Source: Nemertoderma westbladi (taxonomy: Eukaryota; Animalia; Xenacoelomorpha). Taken from it: DNA of 64,000 nucleotides. The first letter of the stretch is position 1. Each line of letters opens with the position of its first letter. The notes beneath the pieces were generated by a model. The model did not search any database. It was not told the DNA's origin and saw only the letters and a program-made list of their open reading frames with translations. Below, in pieces: positions 21,281 through 34,680 of this stretch. Position numbers and translations under genes: made by a program. The DNA is taken from positions 2,449-66,448 of the forward strand of contig JAUCBJ010007659.1 in the NCBI GenBank assembly GCA_032718475.1, read 5' to 3'.

Positions 21281-23291
21281 GGTTTACTGTGGAAGATCAC
21301 TCATGGGGGGTGAACAGGTATTCCTTTAGGAAACAGAGTGGAAGGGTTTACTGTGGAAGATCATCCATGGTGGTGAACAGGAATTCCTTTAGGAAACAGA
21401 GTGGAAGGGTTTACTGTGGAAGATCACCCATGGTGGTGAACAGGCATTCATTTAGGAAACAGAGTGGAAGGGTTTACTGTGGAAGATCATCCATGGTGGT
21501 GGACAGACATTCCTTTAGAAACATAGAGGAAGGGTTTACTGTGGAAAATCACCCATGGTGGTGAACAGGAATTCCTTTAGGAAACCGAGTGGAAGGGTTT
21601 ACTGAGGAAGATCACCAATGGTGGTGAACAGGCATTACTTTGGGAAATAGAGTGGAAGGGTTTACTGTGGAAGATCACCCATGGTGGTGAACAGGCATTA
21701 CTTTGGGAAACAGAGTGGAAGGGTTTACTGTGGAAGATCACCAATAATGGTGGTGAACAGGCATTCCTTTAGGAAACAGAGTGGAAGGGTTTACTGTGGA
21801 AGATCACCAATGGTGGTGAACAGGCATTACTTTGGGAAACAGAGTGGAAGGGTTTACTGTGGAAGATCACCAATGGTGGTGAACAGGCATTACTTTGGGA
21901 AACAGAGTGGAAGGGTTTACTGTGGAAGATCACCCCTGGTGGTGGACAGGCATTACTTTTGGAAACAGAGTTGAAGGGTTTACTGTGGAAGATCACCCCT
22001 GGTGGTGGACAGGCATTACTTTTGGAAACAGAGTTGAAGGGTTTACTGTGGAAGATCATCCATGGTGGTGGACAGACATTCCTTTAGAAACATAGAGGAA
22101 GGGTTTACTGTGGAAAATCACCCATGGTGGTGAACAGGAATTCCTTTAGGAAACCGAGTGGAATGGTTTACTGAGGAAGATCACCAATGGTGGTGAACAG
22201 GCATTACTTTGGGAAATAGAGTGGAAGGGTTTACTGTGGAAGATCACCCATGGTGGTGAACAGGTATTCCTTTAGGAAACAGAGTGGAAGGGTTTACTGT
22301 GGAAGATCATCCATGGTGGTGAACAGGAATTCCTTTAGGAAACAGAGTGGAAGGGTTTACTGTGGAAGATCACCCATGGTGGTGAACAGGCATTCATTTA
22401 GGAAACAGAGTGGAAGGGTTTACTGTGGAAGATCATCCATGGTGGTGGACAGACATTCCTTTAGAAACATAGAGGAAGGGTTTACTGTGGAAAATCACCC
22501 ATGGTGGTGAACAGGAATTCCTTTAGGAAACCGAGTGGAAGGGTTTACTGAGGAAGATCACCAATGGTGGTGAACAGGCATTACTTTGGGAAATAGAGTG
22601 GAAGGGTTTACTGTGGAAGATCACCCATGGTGGTGAACAGGCATTACTTTGGGAAACAGAGTGGAAGGGTTTACTGTGGAAGATCACCAATAATGGTGGT
22701 GAACAGGCATTACTTTGGGAAATAGAGTGGAAGGGTTTACTGTGGAAGATCACCCATGGTGGTGAACAGGCATTACTTTGGGAAACAGAGTGGAAGGGTT
22801 TACTGTGGAAGATCACCAATAATGGTGGTGAACAGGCATTCCTTTAGGAAACAGAGTGGAAGGGTTTACTGTGGAAGATCACCCCTGGTGGTGGACAGGC
22901 ATTACTTTTGGAAACAGAGTTGAAGGGTTTACTGTGGAAGATCACCAATAATGGTGGTGAACAGGCATTCCTTTAGGAAACAGAGTGGAAGGGTTTACTG
23001 TGGAAGATCACCAATGGTGGTGAACAGGCATTACTTTGGGAAACAGAGTGGAAGGGTTTACTGTGGAAGATCACCAATGGTGGTGAACAGGCATTACTTT
23101 GGGAAACAGAGTGGAAGGGTTTACTGTGGAAGACCACCCCTGGTGGTGGACAGGCATTACTTTTGGAAACAGAGTTGAAGGGTTTACTGTGGAAGATCAC
23201 CAATGGTGGTGAACAGGCATTACTTTGGGAAACAGAGTTGAAGGGTTTACTGTGGAAGATCACCAATGGTGGTGAACAGGCATTCCTTTGG
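21281..23291. repeat. 63-bp tandem minisatellite, right part
   Basis: Same unit as 695-2036; resumes in register after the TSD. Confidence 0.97.
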
Positions 23292-24276
23292 CTTAACAAG
23301 CCTAAAAGTTTCTCCCATTCAATATACTAAAATCCCACAAGGAACCAACCGAGAGGCATATTCCCCAGAAACCCAAACAAATACAATATGTGCCATGGTA
23401 AGACTCTGGGGTTACTTGTAAGAGAGGAGATCTTTGCATCTTCCAATTCAATTTTATAATATTATTTAAATTAATTATTTTATGTGCTATAAAGTTTATA
23501 TAAGCGTTTACTAGGAGGTAATACAGTATCTAACTAGTCAGTGATGTGGACGATGACTGCTACAGTATGTTGAATTTGGTATTGTACTTTTGCCCCATAC
23601 AATGATTCCATAGAAGGATTAATTAGAGAGTTAATTAAGGGATATGAAAGCGGAATATAAGGTTAGTAAGATAATTCAGTGGTGAAATAATACCGAAGGT
23701 TGAAATACCGGATAATTTCGATATTTACAGATAATTTATGCGCAATGTGTTTTCCAGCTGATTTTATTATTATATTGCCAATAATTTTGAAGCAGTTGTT
23801 TCAGTTAACGTAGCAGAATGGATTTTGATTGGATGGGTGAACTGATGCCTAGTAATATTTAAAATTATGATATATTTGGTTTCTTCAAATATAAGTTTAT
23901 TTCAGCAATAATAAATATAATGTAAAGTGTGAAAACTCCATCTTCCCTTTTCTTCACAATGCAATGCGATATTCTCATTGGTTAGACATTACGGTTGGTC
24001 GAATTATACATCATTCCCTTTGTTCTTGTAGAAGTATATTAAAATGCTACATACTGTAAATGAAGGCAAAATATAGATTTACAATATTTACTACTGCCAA
24101 TAATATAATTTACTAACAATGTTTATGTTTTAAAAGTAAATGTTCACTTCGTGAACGTTATATAATATTTAACAAAAATAATTATAGTTTTGATGTTGTT
24201 TTGCCTAAAGTGTCCCTTTACCCATATTTGGTAAAATATTATTCAATTCGGATATACTTAATATTTTTAAACAGTC

Positions 24277-25766
24277 TAGCATGAAGTAAACACCTCGTGG
24301 TAGGTGCATGCAAGAAGTAAACACCTTGTGGTAGGTGCATGCAAGAAGTAAACACCTCGTGGTAGGTGCTAGCAAGACGTAAACACATCGTGGTAGGTGC
24401 TAGCAATAAGTAAACACCTCGTGGTAAGTGCATGCAAGGAGTAAACACCTCGTGGTAGGTGCTAGCAAGAAGTAAACACCTCGTGGTAGGTGCTAGCAAG
24501 AAGTAAACACCTCGTGGTAGGTCCCTGCAAGAAGTAAACACCTCGTGGTAGATGCTAGCAAGAAGTAAACACCTCGTGGTATGTGCATATAAGAAGTAAA
24601 CACCTCGTGGTAGATGCTAGCAAGAAGTAAACACCTCGTGGTATGTGCATATAAGAAGTAAACACCTCGTGGTAGGTGCTAGCAAGAAGTAAACACCTCG
24701 TGGTAGGTGCTAGCAATAAGTAAACACCTCGTGGTAGGTGCTAGCAAGAAGTAAACACCTCGTGGTAGGTCCCTGCCAGAAGTAAACACCTTGTGGTAGG
24801 TGCTAGCAAGAAGTAAACACCTCGTGGTAGGTGCTAGCAAGAAGTAAACACCTCGTGGTAGGTGCTAGCATGAAGTAAACACATCGTGGTAGGTGTTAGC
24901 AAGAAGTAAACACCTCGTGATAGGTGCTAGCAAGAAGTAAACACCTCGTGGTAGGTCCCTGCAAGAAGTAAACACCTCGTGGTAGGTGCTAGCAAGAAGT
25001 AAACACCTCGTGGTAGGTGCTAGCAAGAAGTAAACAGCTCGTAGTAGGTGTTAGCAAGAGGTAAACACCCCGAGGTAGGTGCTAGCAAGAAGTAAACACC
25101 TCGTGGTAGATGCTAGCATGAAGTAAACACCTCGTGGTAGGTGCTAGCATAAAGTAAACACTTCGTGGTAGGTGCTAGCATGAAGTAAACACCTCGTGGT
25201 AGGTGCTAGCATGAAGTAAACACATCGTGGTAGGTGCATGCAAGAAGTAAACATCCCGTGGTAGGTGCTAGCATAAAGTAAACACCTCGTGGTAGGTGCT
25301 AGCATGAAGTAAACACATCGTGGTAGGTGCATGCAAGAAGTAAATACATCGTGGTAGGTGCTAGCAAGAAGTAAACACCCCCCAGGTAGGTGCTAGCATG
25401 AAGTAAATACATCGTGGTAGGTGCATGCAAGAAGTAAACACCCCGTGGTAGGTGCTAGCAAGAAGTAAACACCCCGTGGTAGGTGCTAGCAAGAAGTAAA
25501 AACCTCTTGGTAGGTGCTAGCAAGAGTTAAACACCTCGTGGTAGGTGCTAGCAAGAAGTAAACACCCCGTGGTAGGTGCTAGCAAGAAGTAAACACCCCG
25601 TGGTAGGTGCTAGCAAGAAGTAAAAACTTTTTGGTAGGTGCTAGCATGAAGTAAACATCCCGTGGTAGGTGCTAGCAAGAGGTAAACACCTCGTGGTAGG
25701 TGCTAGCAAGAAGTAAACACCTCTTGGTAGGTGCTAGCAAGAAGTAAACATCCCGTGGTAGGTGCA
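24277..25766. repeat. 31-bp tandem minisatellite
   Basis: Unit GAAGTAAACACCTCGTGGTAGGTGCTAGCAA, about 48 copies. Confidence 0.95.
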
Positions 25767-25993
25767 GATTAAAAAACCGACAAATAAATAACAACTGGAG
25801 ACGAGTGCATGCAGTGGTTTGCTAAAGGTTATCTGTTTCCAATGGATCTTTTTCAAGAAAACTTGCAACTTTCTCATGGGCGATTGAGCTTTATGTACGA
25901 CCAATATTCTTCAGGAGTTCATGAGCAGAGGATTCCATCTGTTATTTTTAATTATTCATTTTTATTATCATTTTGTATTGATCTGTATCGATT

Positions 25994-26675
25994 TTGATCT
26001 GACCTGGATCATTGATCTGACCTGGGTCATAGATCTGACCTGGGTCATTGATCTGTCCTGGGTTATTGATCTGACCTGGGTTATTGATCTGACCTGGGTC
26101 ATTGATCTGACCTGGGTCATTGATCTGACCTGGGTCATTGATCTGACCTGGGTCATTGATCTGATCTGGGTCATTGATCTGACCTGGGTCATTGATCTGA
26201 CCTGGGTCATTGATCTGACCTGGATCATTGATCTGAACTGGATCATTGATCTGACTTGGGTCATTGATCTGACCTGGGTCATTAATCTGACATGGGTTAT
26301 TGATCTGACCGGGATCATTGATCTGACCGGGATCATTGATCTGACCTGGATCATTGATCTGACGGTGATCTGACCTGGATCATTGATCTGACCTAGATCA
26401 TTGATCTGAGCGGGATCATTGATCTGACCTGGGTCATTGATCTGACCTGGGTCATTGATCTGACCTGCTTCATTGATCTGACCTGGATCATTGATCTGAC
26501 CTGGATCATTGATCTGACCTGGGTCATTGATCTGACCTGGGTAATTGATCTGACCTGGGTCATTGATCTGACATGGGTCATTGATCTGACCTGGGTCATT
26601 GATCTTACCTGGGTCATTGATCTGACCTGGGTCATTGATCTGACCTGGGTCATTGATTTGACCTGGGTCATTGAT
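25994..26675. repeat. 18-bp tandem minisatellite
   Basis: Unit TTGATCTGACCTGGGTCA, about 38 copies. Confidence 0.95.
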
Positions 26676-27809
26676 TCAGTACTGCCACCTTCATGCATCA
26701 TAAAAGAGGTGCCTTATGTGGCTGCATAGAGCCTCTTACTAAGGGCATAGAGTCTGGTAATTAGGACCCCCTTGGTCTTGTCTTATTGACCAATATACTC
26801 TGCAGCAGGCGTGTATGGCCTGACCCTGCAGATGGTAAGTAGTAGAGTGCAATTTTTTCCCATTTCAGTGCACTCTACTGTGACCTACACCTGGTCAGTA
26901 GAGCAGGGCATTGCCCTGAAGTTCAACAAGCGACCTGGAATGCTATCGACTCACAATCAGCGAGGCTATTTTATTCTTATTAAATAAAAACACCATATTC
27001 TAGAACATTTTATTTATCCTTCGTAGCTGGGCAACAATGAATTGCCTCATTAATCGTACTATTACAGTAAACTTCTATAAACTATTTAATAGTCATAATA
27101 ATTTCTACAATTTACCGCGGAGTAGGTTCTTGCCCTCCGGTTTCGCCTCGGGTAAACAAACATCTACTCCGCGGGTAAATAACTCGTAAGATAACCTTGG
27201 TAATATGCGTGTTATTAGCCAATTCACACTTATACTCAGATTCTAAAAAGGGTTTTGTTTGGGGGGAGAGTTCAAAAAATGGGGATTGGTTTTTTGGGGG
27301 TTGTTAAATGTTAGTTCCTAAGGTAAACGTGGAAGATATAAAGATAAGTGAGGAATGATGATCATATATATCTATATATATTCCTATAAACCTGTAATCC
27401 CATACTGATAGTATGACGGCATAAAGTAAAGCAGTACGGATGAATACATGTACCTATCAAACCACTATACTGAATCTATCTATATCTACTAACCTAGGTA
27501 GTAACCGGTATATCCTTGGAATCCTCTCCACCTATGTACAGTATATCAGTCCCGCACAACACTATCAATCATAACCCTAACATTAAACTTGACTATAGAC
27601 TAATAAACAATAATATCACAATATAATATATAAACAGTAAAATCACATATATTATTCCCCAGGGAAAAATATATGTGATATTACCTGTATAATTCTTAAC
27701 TTAACTGAATTGTTAGCGCTGCCTTGTCTATTTCTGCTTCAATACTCCGCTCGGATATTTCGCTCCTCGTGGTTCTGTAGTTATTATTCCCCGGGCAATA
27801 ATAACACAT

Positions 27810-28137
27810 TCGTGGGGTCTTCGCGCAGCACGAAGTGAGCAAAGCCTTTAGCATATGGGTACCATTAACGAGTTGTGCGCCGTTAGTCAGAAGTCTTCAA
27901 CACAATACTCGTCCTCCTCTTGTTCCTCGTTGCGTTCGTTCGTTTTTGACCAAACTTGTGATTCTTTCTAAAATTTTGCCGGACTACATACGTACGAACG
28001 TACGTGTTTAATTTCACCAGGGAATAACCGAGTTATTAGCGATCAAAAATTTACGACGACGACAGACGACGACAGAAAACTCGCCAATGGCACCCATATG
28101 CTAAGGCTTCGCTCACTTCGTGGCTCGCCCCCCACGA
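27810..28137. mobile_element. MITE-like inverted-repeat element
   Basis: CACGAAGTGAGCAAAGCCTTTAGCATATGGGTACCATT pairs with AATGGCACCCATATGCTAAGGCTTCGCTCACTTCGTG; outer ends TCGTGGGG and CCCCACGA. Confidence 0.6.
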
Positions 28138-28439
28138 CTAGCAGTTCTTACAGTACTAACAAACCTGGTGCAATATCGGGGGAGACACCTTTTTAAAACG
28201 CTTGTAGCAAAATAATGAATGCGAAAATAAAAATTCTCACCCAATCACTGAGGAGGAGTTAAGTAGATCTCGATTTAAATTTTCATGCAATTTCATTAAG
28301 ATTTGTAGAAAGATTTGAGGGGGGGGGGGGGGGTCCTGGTGCCTGAATAACGACAATATATTCCGGGACATGGTGTATAATGATGGCACTTATATAAGAA
28401 TGCTATTTCGGCTATATTGTGTTTAGTACATATCTCCAA

Positions 28440-28830
28440 CCAGACCCTATTCAGCATTGTAGGTGTCTCATTGGCCTCTCCCCACGCTTGACCAATGAAC
28501 AAAGCCGCCTCCTATTAGCAGGATATTGATATCGCCGTAAGGATCTTCCAGTGCCGATCTTGTACTTTGGCATCCTCATTGTGAAAAATATCCTAAGCAT
28601 GGTGGACAGCCTATGACTTTCTTGAGACTGTTGATAGAGTAGACTGTAGGGTACTGTGGAGTGTAGTAGTACTGAAGATACAGGGTTCTTCTTCCAACGG
28701 AATCATGGATTACAACTGCATTATATTTTACATAATTCTACGACGGCTTGTCAACAAATTGTCCTGCAAAGTGGAGGCGGCTTGGTTGAAGTGTCAGGCT
28801 TGGGGGGACCAATGGGACACCTCCGAGGAG
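28440..28830. mobile_element. Degraded RTE-like LINE 3' fragments in opposite orientations
   Basis: 28440-28630 (+) and ~28755-28830 (-) both resemble 61500-61680 (GGTGTCTCATTGG...CGCCTCC). Confidence 0.6.
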
Positions 28831-29546
28831 ATGTTTAAATTGCCTTACTTCCATCATATTTGCCGACCTCATAAACCAATGTTCCAAAATATCATCAAAT
28901 AGGCAATATTAATTGTGTGATTTATTTATACCTGAAATATAAAAAGTATTTCTAAATCCAATGCTACAATCCTAATTTTATTACGTTAAAATTCTTTGTG
29001 GGGAATAATTTATTCAATTTTCTAACATAAAATTGCATATTTCATCAGTTAGTTACCTTATTAAAATTGATATATAAATATATAAAACCTGGATGGGACT
29101 TCCCTTCACCAAGATATAGCAATTAATGTCCTTACAGGTCGGTGCAAATTGTATTCATTTCCGATAAAATCACAACTTATGGCGCAATTAATTGCATCAT
29201 TCCTCAGTGGGAAATCACAAATTCGCTTCTTAGTCTTCCCTAATGTAACTTTTTGTCTGGCTTGTAATATTCAAGAATTTCCTAGAAAAAAAAACGAGAA
29301 TTAATGATGCGCAAAAACATTCATATATTTTTTAGGTTTAGTAACACGTTTTTCAGGATAAGGAGATAGTCTGTGAGTCCGCTCCTTTTCTATTGTTTAT
29401 ATTTACGACATTGTTGAATATATATCTAATGTTGTTGTTGTTGAGTTTCTTTAATCCACTAAGTGGCATAAATTTATATATATATATACTGTATGATAAA
29501 GCATAAAATTGCACTGAAGTAAAAACCGCTTACGACAGTAAAATAT

Positions 29547-30519
29547 GGTCTTGGGACGTTGTGCCCGCGAGACATTAGTGCCCGCCTAGTGACTTACAGT
29601 AGTTAGTATAATATGTATTAATACAATAGGCCAGGAAGGAAGATATTTCCCGCTGCTTTAGTTCCTGCTGAGATTCAAACGAGTCGTTACTTTCTTCCAA
29701 TTTCCAGTATTTAGATCCCGCATCTCGTTATTTAACATTTTAATTTCAACATGGACCTTTTATGATTAAAAAATTTACTAACCTCAGCTAGACATGGTAG
29801 CATTTCTATTATTTGGTTTTGCTTTAGTATTTGGTTTTGGTTCTTCAAGGAATTAGGATCAAGCAACAGCGTTTGTTTGTTTATAAATAATTTACTTTTT
29901 ATTGAGTATGTTTAATTTCTTTAACTTTACTGGAGACAGTGTGTAATAAAAAAAACAAAAACAAGGTGCAGTACTACAGTATAATCGTTCGAGGACCCAC
30001 TAACTCTGATTTATTATAATGAATTAATGATTTCAAGAAAAATACTCAGTCGACTGACTGACATTTTTTCGACGAATTAAAACTAAAGTAGTACTTTTAG
30101 TTAATTAAATTAGTGAATTAATTAAATTAGTGTATGTTAATGGAGGAGGCCGTTGCCGATGACTTTGGTTGAATGGGGTATAAGTAAGAAGAAAAACAGA
30201 TTGCCTTATACTAACTTCCAAATTCAGTGCGGGGTGCGGGCACTAATGACTCGCGGGAACTAACGTCTCACTTGCAGACAAGGTCCTCGGGCACTAATGA
30301 CTCGCGGGCACTAACGTCTCACTTGCAGACAAGGTCCTCGGGCACTAATGACTCGCGGGCACTAACGTCTCGCTTGGAGACATGGTTCCCGGGCACTAAT
30401 GACTCGCGGGCACTAAAGTCCTGAGACATTAGTGCCCGTGGGCACTAACGTCTCGCGGGCACTAACGTCACCCAATCGGGCACTAACGTCCCCCAATCGG
30501 GCACTAACGTCCCCCAATC
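29547..30519. mobile_element. Non-autonomous Mutator-like DNA transposon with subterminal repeats
   Basis: 9-bp TSD GTAAAATAT (29538-29546 and 30520-30528); TIRs G...GGGACGTT(A)GTGCCC; GGGCACTAA repeats at 30238-30510. Confidence 0.7.
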
Positions 30520-30683
30520 GTAAAATATTTAATCGCAATGGCCGCCATTATGTTTAAATATTTTACGATTGGGGGACGTTAGTGCCCGCGAGACGTTACA
30601 GTCTACAAATCGTTATTTTTGATGCCATGCTACGTACGATACGGGCTCGAGGTCAATCTAGGCAAAACATCAGTCATAAAGTT

Positions 30684-30872
30684 CCGTAGAGGTGGGCGAG
30701 TGACTGAGTCGAGACTATAAGTTTATCTACAAGGGCCAACCTTCACCCGTAGAGGTGGGCGAGTGACTGAGTCGAGACTATAAGTTTATCTACAAGGGCC
30801 AACCTTCACCCGTAGAGGTGGGCGAGTGACTGAGTCGAGACTATAAGTTTATCTACAAGGGCCAACCTTCAC
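30684..30872. repeat. Three identical 63-bp tandem copies, unrelated to the main 63-bp satellite
   Basis: CCGTAGAGGTGGGCGAGTGACTGAGTCGAGAC... at 30684, 30747 and 30810. Confidence 0.9.
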
Positions 30873-31221
30873 AAAGCACATCACTATAACCGCCTACAAA
30901 TCAATAACAGCTGTTCACCAAATAGGAAACCCACAACTTCTATCTCTTACAACTGGAATTAAATTATTTAGGATAACATTTCTATTAATTATCACATACG
31001 GAATTCGACAGTTAAATGGTCTTTCCTATCAGTATCTAACCTTCAATCTATAGACAAAACTCAATCAACATATTTAAAAAGAGTTTTGGGAGTTCAAAAA
31101 CAACTAAAAACGCTCATCCATGCACTCTGCGATGTAGGCCTACAGTTTGCCCGTAATTTACATAAAGGAAATGATAAACCTTCCTCCCACCGATACTTAC
31201 TATTCTTACAGTAATGATATC

Positions 31222-34200
31222 TACAGGCATTCCTTTAGGAAACATAGTGGAAGGCTTTACTGTGGAGGATTACCAATGGTGGTAAACAGGCATTCCTTTA
31301 GGAAACATAGTGGAAGGGTTTACTGTGGAGGATCACCCATGGTGGTGAACAGGCATTCCTTTAGGAATCAGAGTGGAAGGGTTTACTGTGGAAGATCACC
31401 CATGGTGGTGAACAGGAATTCCTTTAGGAAACAGAGTGGAAGGGTTTACTGTGGAAGATCACCCATGGTGGTGAATAGGCATTCCTTTAGGAATCAGAGT
31501 AGAATGGTTTAATGTGGAAGATCACCCATGGTGGTGAACAGGCATTCCTTTAGGAAACATAGTGGAAGGGTTTACTGTGGAGGATCACACATGGTGGTGA
31601 ACAGGCATTCCTTTGAGAAACAGAGTGTAAGGGTTTAATGTGGAAGATCACCAATGGTGGTGAACAGGCATTCCCATAGGAAACATAGTGGAATGGTTTA
31701 ATGTGGAAGATCACCCATGGTGGTCAACAGGCCTTCCTTTGGGAATCAGAGTGGAAGGGTTTACTGTGAAGGATTACCCATGGTGGTGAACAGGCATTCC
31801 TTTAGGAAACAGAGTGGAAGGGTTTACTGTAGAAGATCACCCATGGTGGTCAACAGGCCTTCCTTTGGGAATTAGAGTGGAAGGGTTTACTGTGAAGGAT
31901 TTCCCATGGTGGTGAGCAGACATTCCTTTTGGAAACAGAGTGGAAGGGTTTACTGTGGAAGATCACCCATGGTGGTGAACAGACATTCCTTTTGGAAACA
32001 GAGTGGAAGGGTTTACTGTGGAAGAACACCCATGTTGGTGAACAGGCATTCCTTTAGGAAACAGAGTGGAAGGGTTTACTGTGGAAGAACACCCATGTTG
32101 GTGAACAGGCATTCCTTTAGGAAACAGAGTGGAAGGGTTTACTGTAGAAGATCACCCATGGTGGTAAACAGGCATTCCTTTAGGAAACAGAGTGGAATGG
32201 TTTAATGTGGAAGATCACCCATGGTGGTGAACAGGCATTCCTTTAGGAAACAGAGTGGAAGGGTTTACTGTGAAGGATTGCCCATGGTGGTGAACAGACA
32301 TTCCTTTTGGAAACATAGTGGAAGGGTTTACTGTGGAGGATCACCCATGGTGGTGAACAGGCATTCCTTTTGGAAACAGAGTGGAAGGGTTTACTGTGGA
32401 GGATCACCCATGGTGGTGAACAGGCATTCCTTTTGGAAACAGAGTGGAAGGGTTTACTGTGGAGGATCACCCATGGTGGTGAACAGGCATTCCTTTTGGA
32501 AACAGAGTGGAATGGCTTAATGTGGAAGATCACCCATGGTGGTGAACAGGCATTCCTTTAGGAAACAGAGTGGAAGGGTTTACTGTGGAGGATCACCCAT
32601 GGTGGTGAACAGGCATTCCTTTAGGAAACAGAGTGGAAGGGTTTACTGTGGAGGATCACCCATGGTGGTGAACAGGCATTCCTTTAGGAAACAGAGTGGA
32701 AGGGTTTACTGTGAAGGATTGCCCATGGTGGTGAACAGACATTCCTTTTGGAAACATAGTGGAAGGGTTTACTGTGGAGGATCACCCATGGTGGTGAACA
32801 GGCATTCCTTTAGGAAACAGAGTGGAAGGGTTTACTGTGGAAGATCACCCATGGAGGTGAACAGGCATTCCTTTAGGAAACAGAGTGGAAGGGTTTACTG
32901 TGAAGGATTGCCCATGGTGGTGAACAGACATTCCTTTTGGAAACATAGTGGAAGGGTTTACTGTGGAGGATCACCCATGGTGGTGAACAGGCATTCCTTT
33001 TGGAAACAGAGTGGAATGGTTTACTGTGGAAGATCACCCATGGAGGTGAACAGGCATTCCTTTAGGAAACAGAGTGGAAGGGTTTACTGTGGAGGATCAC
33101 CCATGGTGGTGAACAGGCATTCCTTTTGGAAACAGAGTGGAATGGCTTAATGTGGAAGATCACCCATGGTGGTGAACAGGCATTCCTTTAGGAAACAGAG
33201 TGGAAGGGTTTACTGTGGAGGATCACCCATGGTGGTGAACAGGCATTCCTTTAGGAAACAGAGTGGAAGGGTTTACTGTGGAGGATCACCCATGGTGGTG
33301 AACAGGCATTCCTTTTGGAAACAGAGTGGAATGGCTTAATGTGGAAGATCACCCATGGTGCTGAACAGGCATTCCTTTAGGAAACAGAGTGGAAGGGTTT
33401 ACTGTGAAGGATTGCCCATGGTGGTGAACAGACATTCCTTTTGGAAACATAGTGGAAGGGTTTACTGTGGAGGATCACCCATGGTGGTGAACAGGCATTC
33501 CTTTTGGAAACAGAGTGGAATGGCTTAATGTGGAAGATCACCCATGGTGGTGAACAGGCATTCCTTTAGGAAACAGAGTGGAAGGGTTTACTGTGAAGGA
33601 TTGCCCATGGTGGTGAACAGACATTCCTTTTGGAAACATAGTGGAAGGGTTTACTGTGGAGGATCACCCATGGTGGTGAACAGGCATTCCTTTAGGAAAC
33701 AGAGTGGAAGGGTTTACTGTGAAGGATTGCCCATGGTGGTGAACAGACATTCCTTTTGGAAACATAGTGGAAGGGTTTACTGTGGAGGATCACCCATGGT
33801 GGTGAACAGGCATTCCTTTTGGAAACAGAGTGGAATGGCTTAATGTGGAAGATCACCCATGGTGGTGAACAGGCATTCCTTTAGGAAACAGAGTGGAAGG
33901 GTTTACTGTGAAGGATTGCCCATGGTGGTGAACAGACATTCCTTTTGGAAACATAGTGGAAGGGTTTACTGTGGAGGATCACCCATGGTGGTGAACAGGC
34001 ATTCCTTTTGGAAACATAGTGGAATGGCTTAATGTAGAAGATCACCCATGGTGGTGAACAGGCATTCCTTTAGGAAACAGAGTGGAAGGGTTTACTGTGA
34101 AGGATTGCCCATGGTGGTGAACAGACATTCCTTTTGGAAACATAGTGGAAGGGTTTACTGTGGAAGATCACCCATGGAGGTGAACAGGCATTCCTTTAGG

Positions 34201-34680
34201 AAACAGAGTGGAAGGGTTTACTGTGGAGGATCACCCATGGAGGTGAACAGGCATTCCTTTAGGAAACAGAGTGGAAGGGTTTACTGTGGAGGATCACCCA
34301 TGGTGGTGAACAGGCATTCCTTTTGGAAACAGAGTGGAATGGCTTAATGTGGAAGATCACCCATGGTGGTGAACAGGCATTCCTTTAGGAAACAGAGTGG
34401 AAGGGTTTACTGTGAAGGATTGCCCATGGTGGTGAACAGACATTCCTTTTGGAAACATAGTGGAAGGGTTTACTGTGGAGGATCACCCATGGTGGTGAAC
34501 AGGCATTCCTTTTGGAAACAGAGTGGAATGGTTTACTGTGGAAGATCACCCATGGAGGTGAACAGGCATTCCTTTAGGAAACAGAGTGGAAGGGTTTACT
34601 GTGGAGGATCACCCATGGTGGTGAACAGGCATTCCTTTTGGAAACAGAGTGGAATGGCTTAATGTGGAAGATCACCCTTG
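31222..34680. repeat. Second array of the 63-bp minisatellite family
   Basis: Same consensus as 695-2036 but with its own variants (GAAGGATTGCCC, AATGGCTTAATG); about 55 copies. Confidence 0.97.

Noticed and set aside
26970-27015. Similarity to window positions 1-40
   Set aside because: Short AT-rich match, probably the end of a dispersed repeat; cannot be extended within the window.
28840-29850. Minus-strand exon-like segments with AG/GT boundaries (28845-28932, 29136-29281, ~29782-29850)
   Set aside because: The two fully bounded segments have stops in every frame, and no protein is recognisable; at most a pseudogene remnant.
755-34662. Many short ORFs (MVVNRHSFRKQSGRVYCG...) in the 63-bp arrays
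   Set aside because: Translations of a unit whose length is a multiple of 3; frequent stops and frameshifts.
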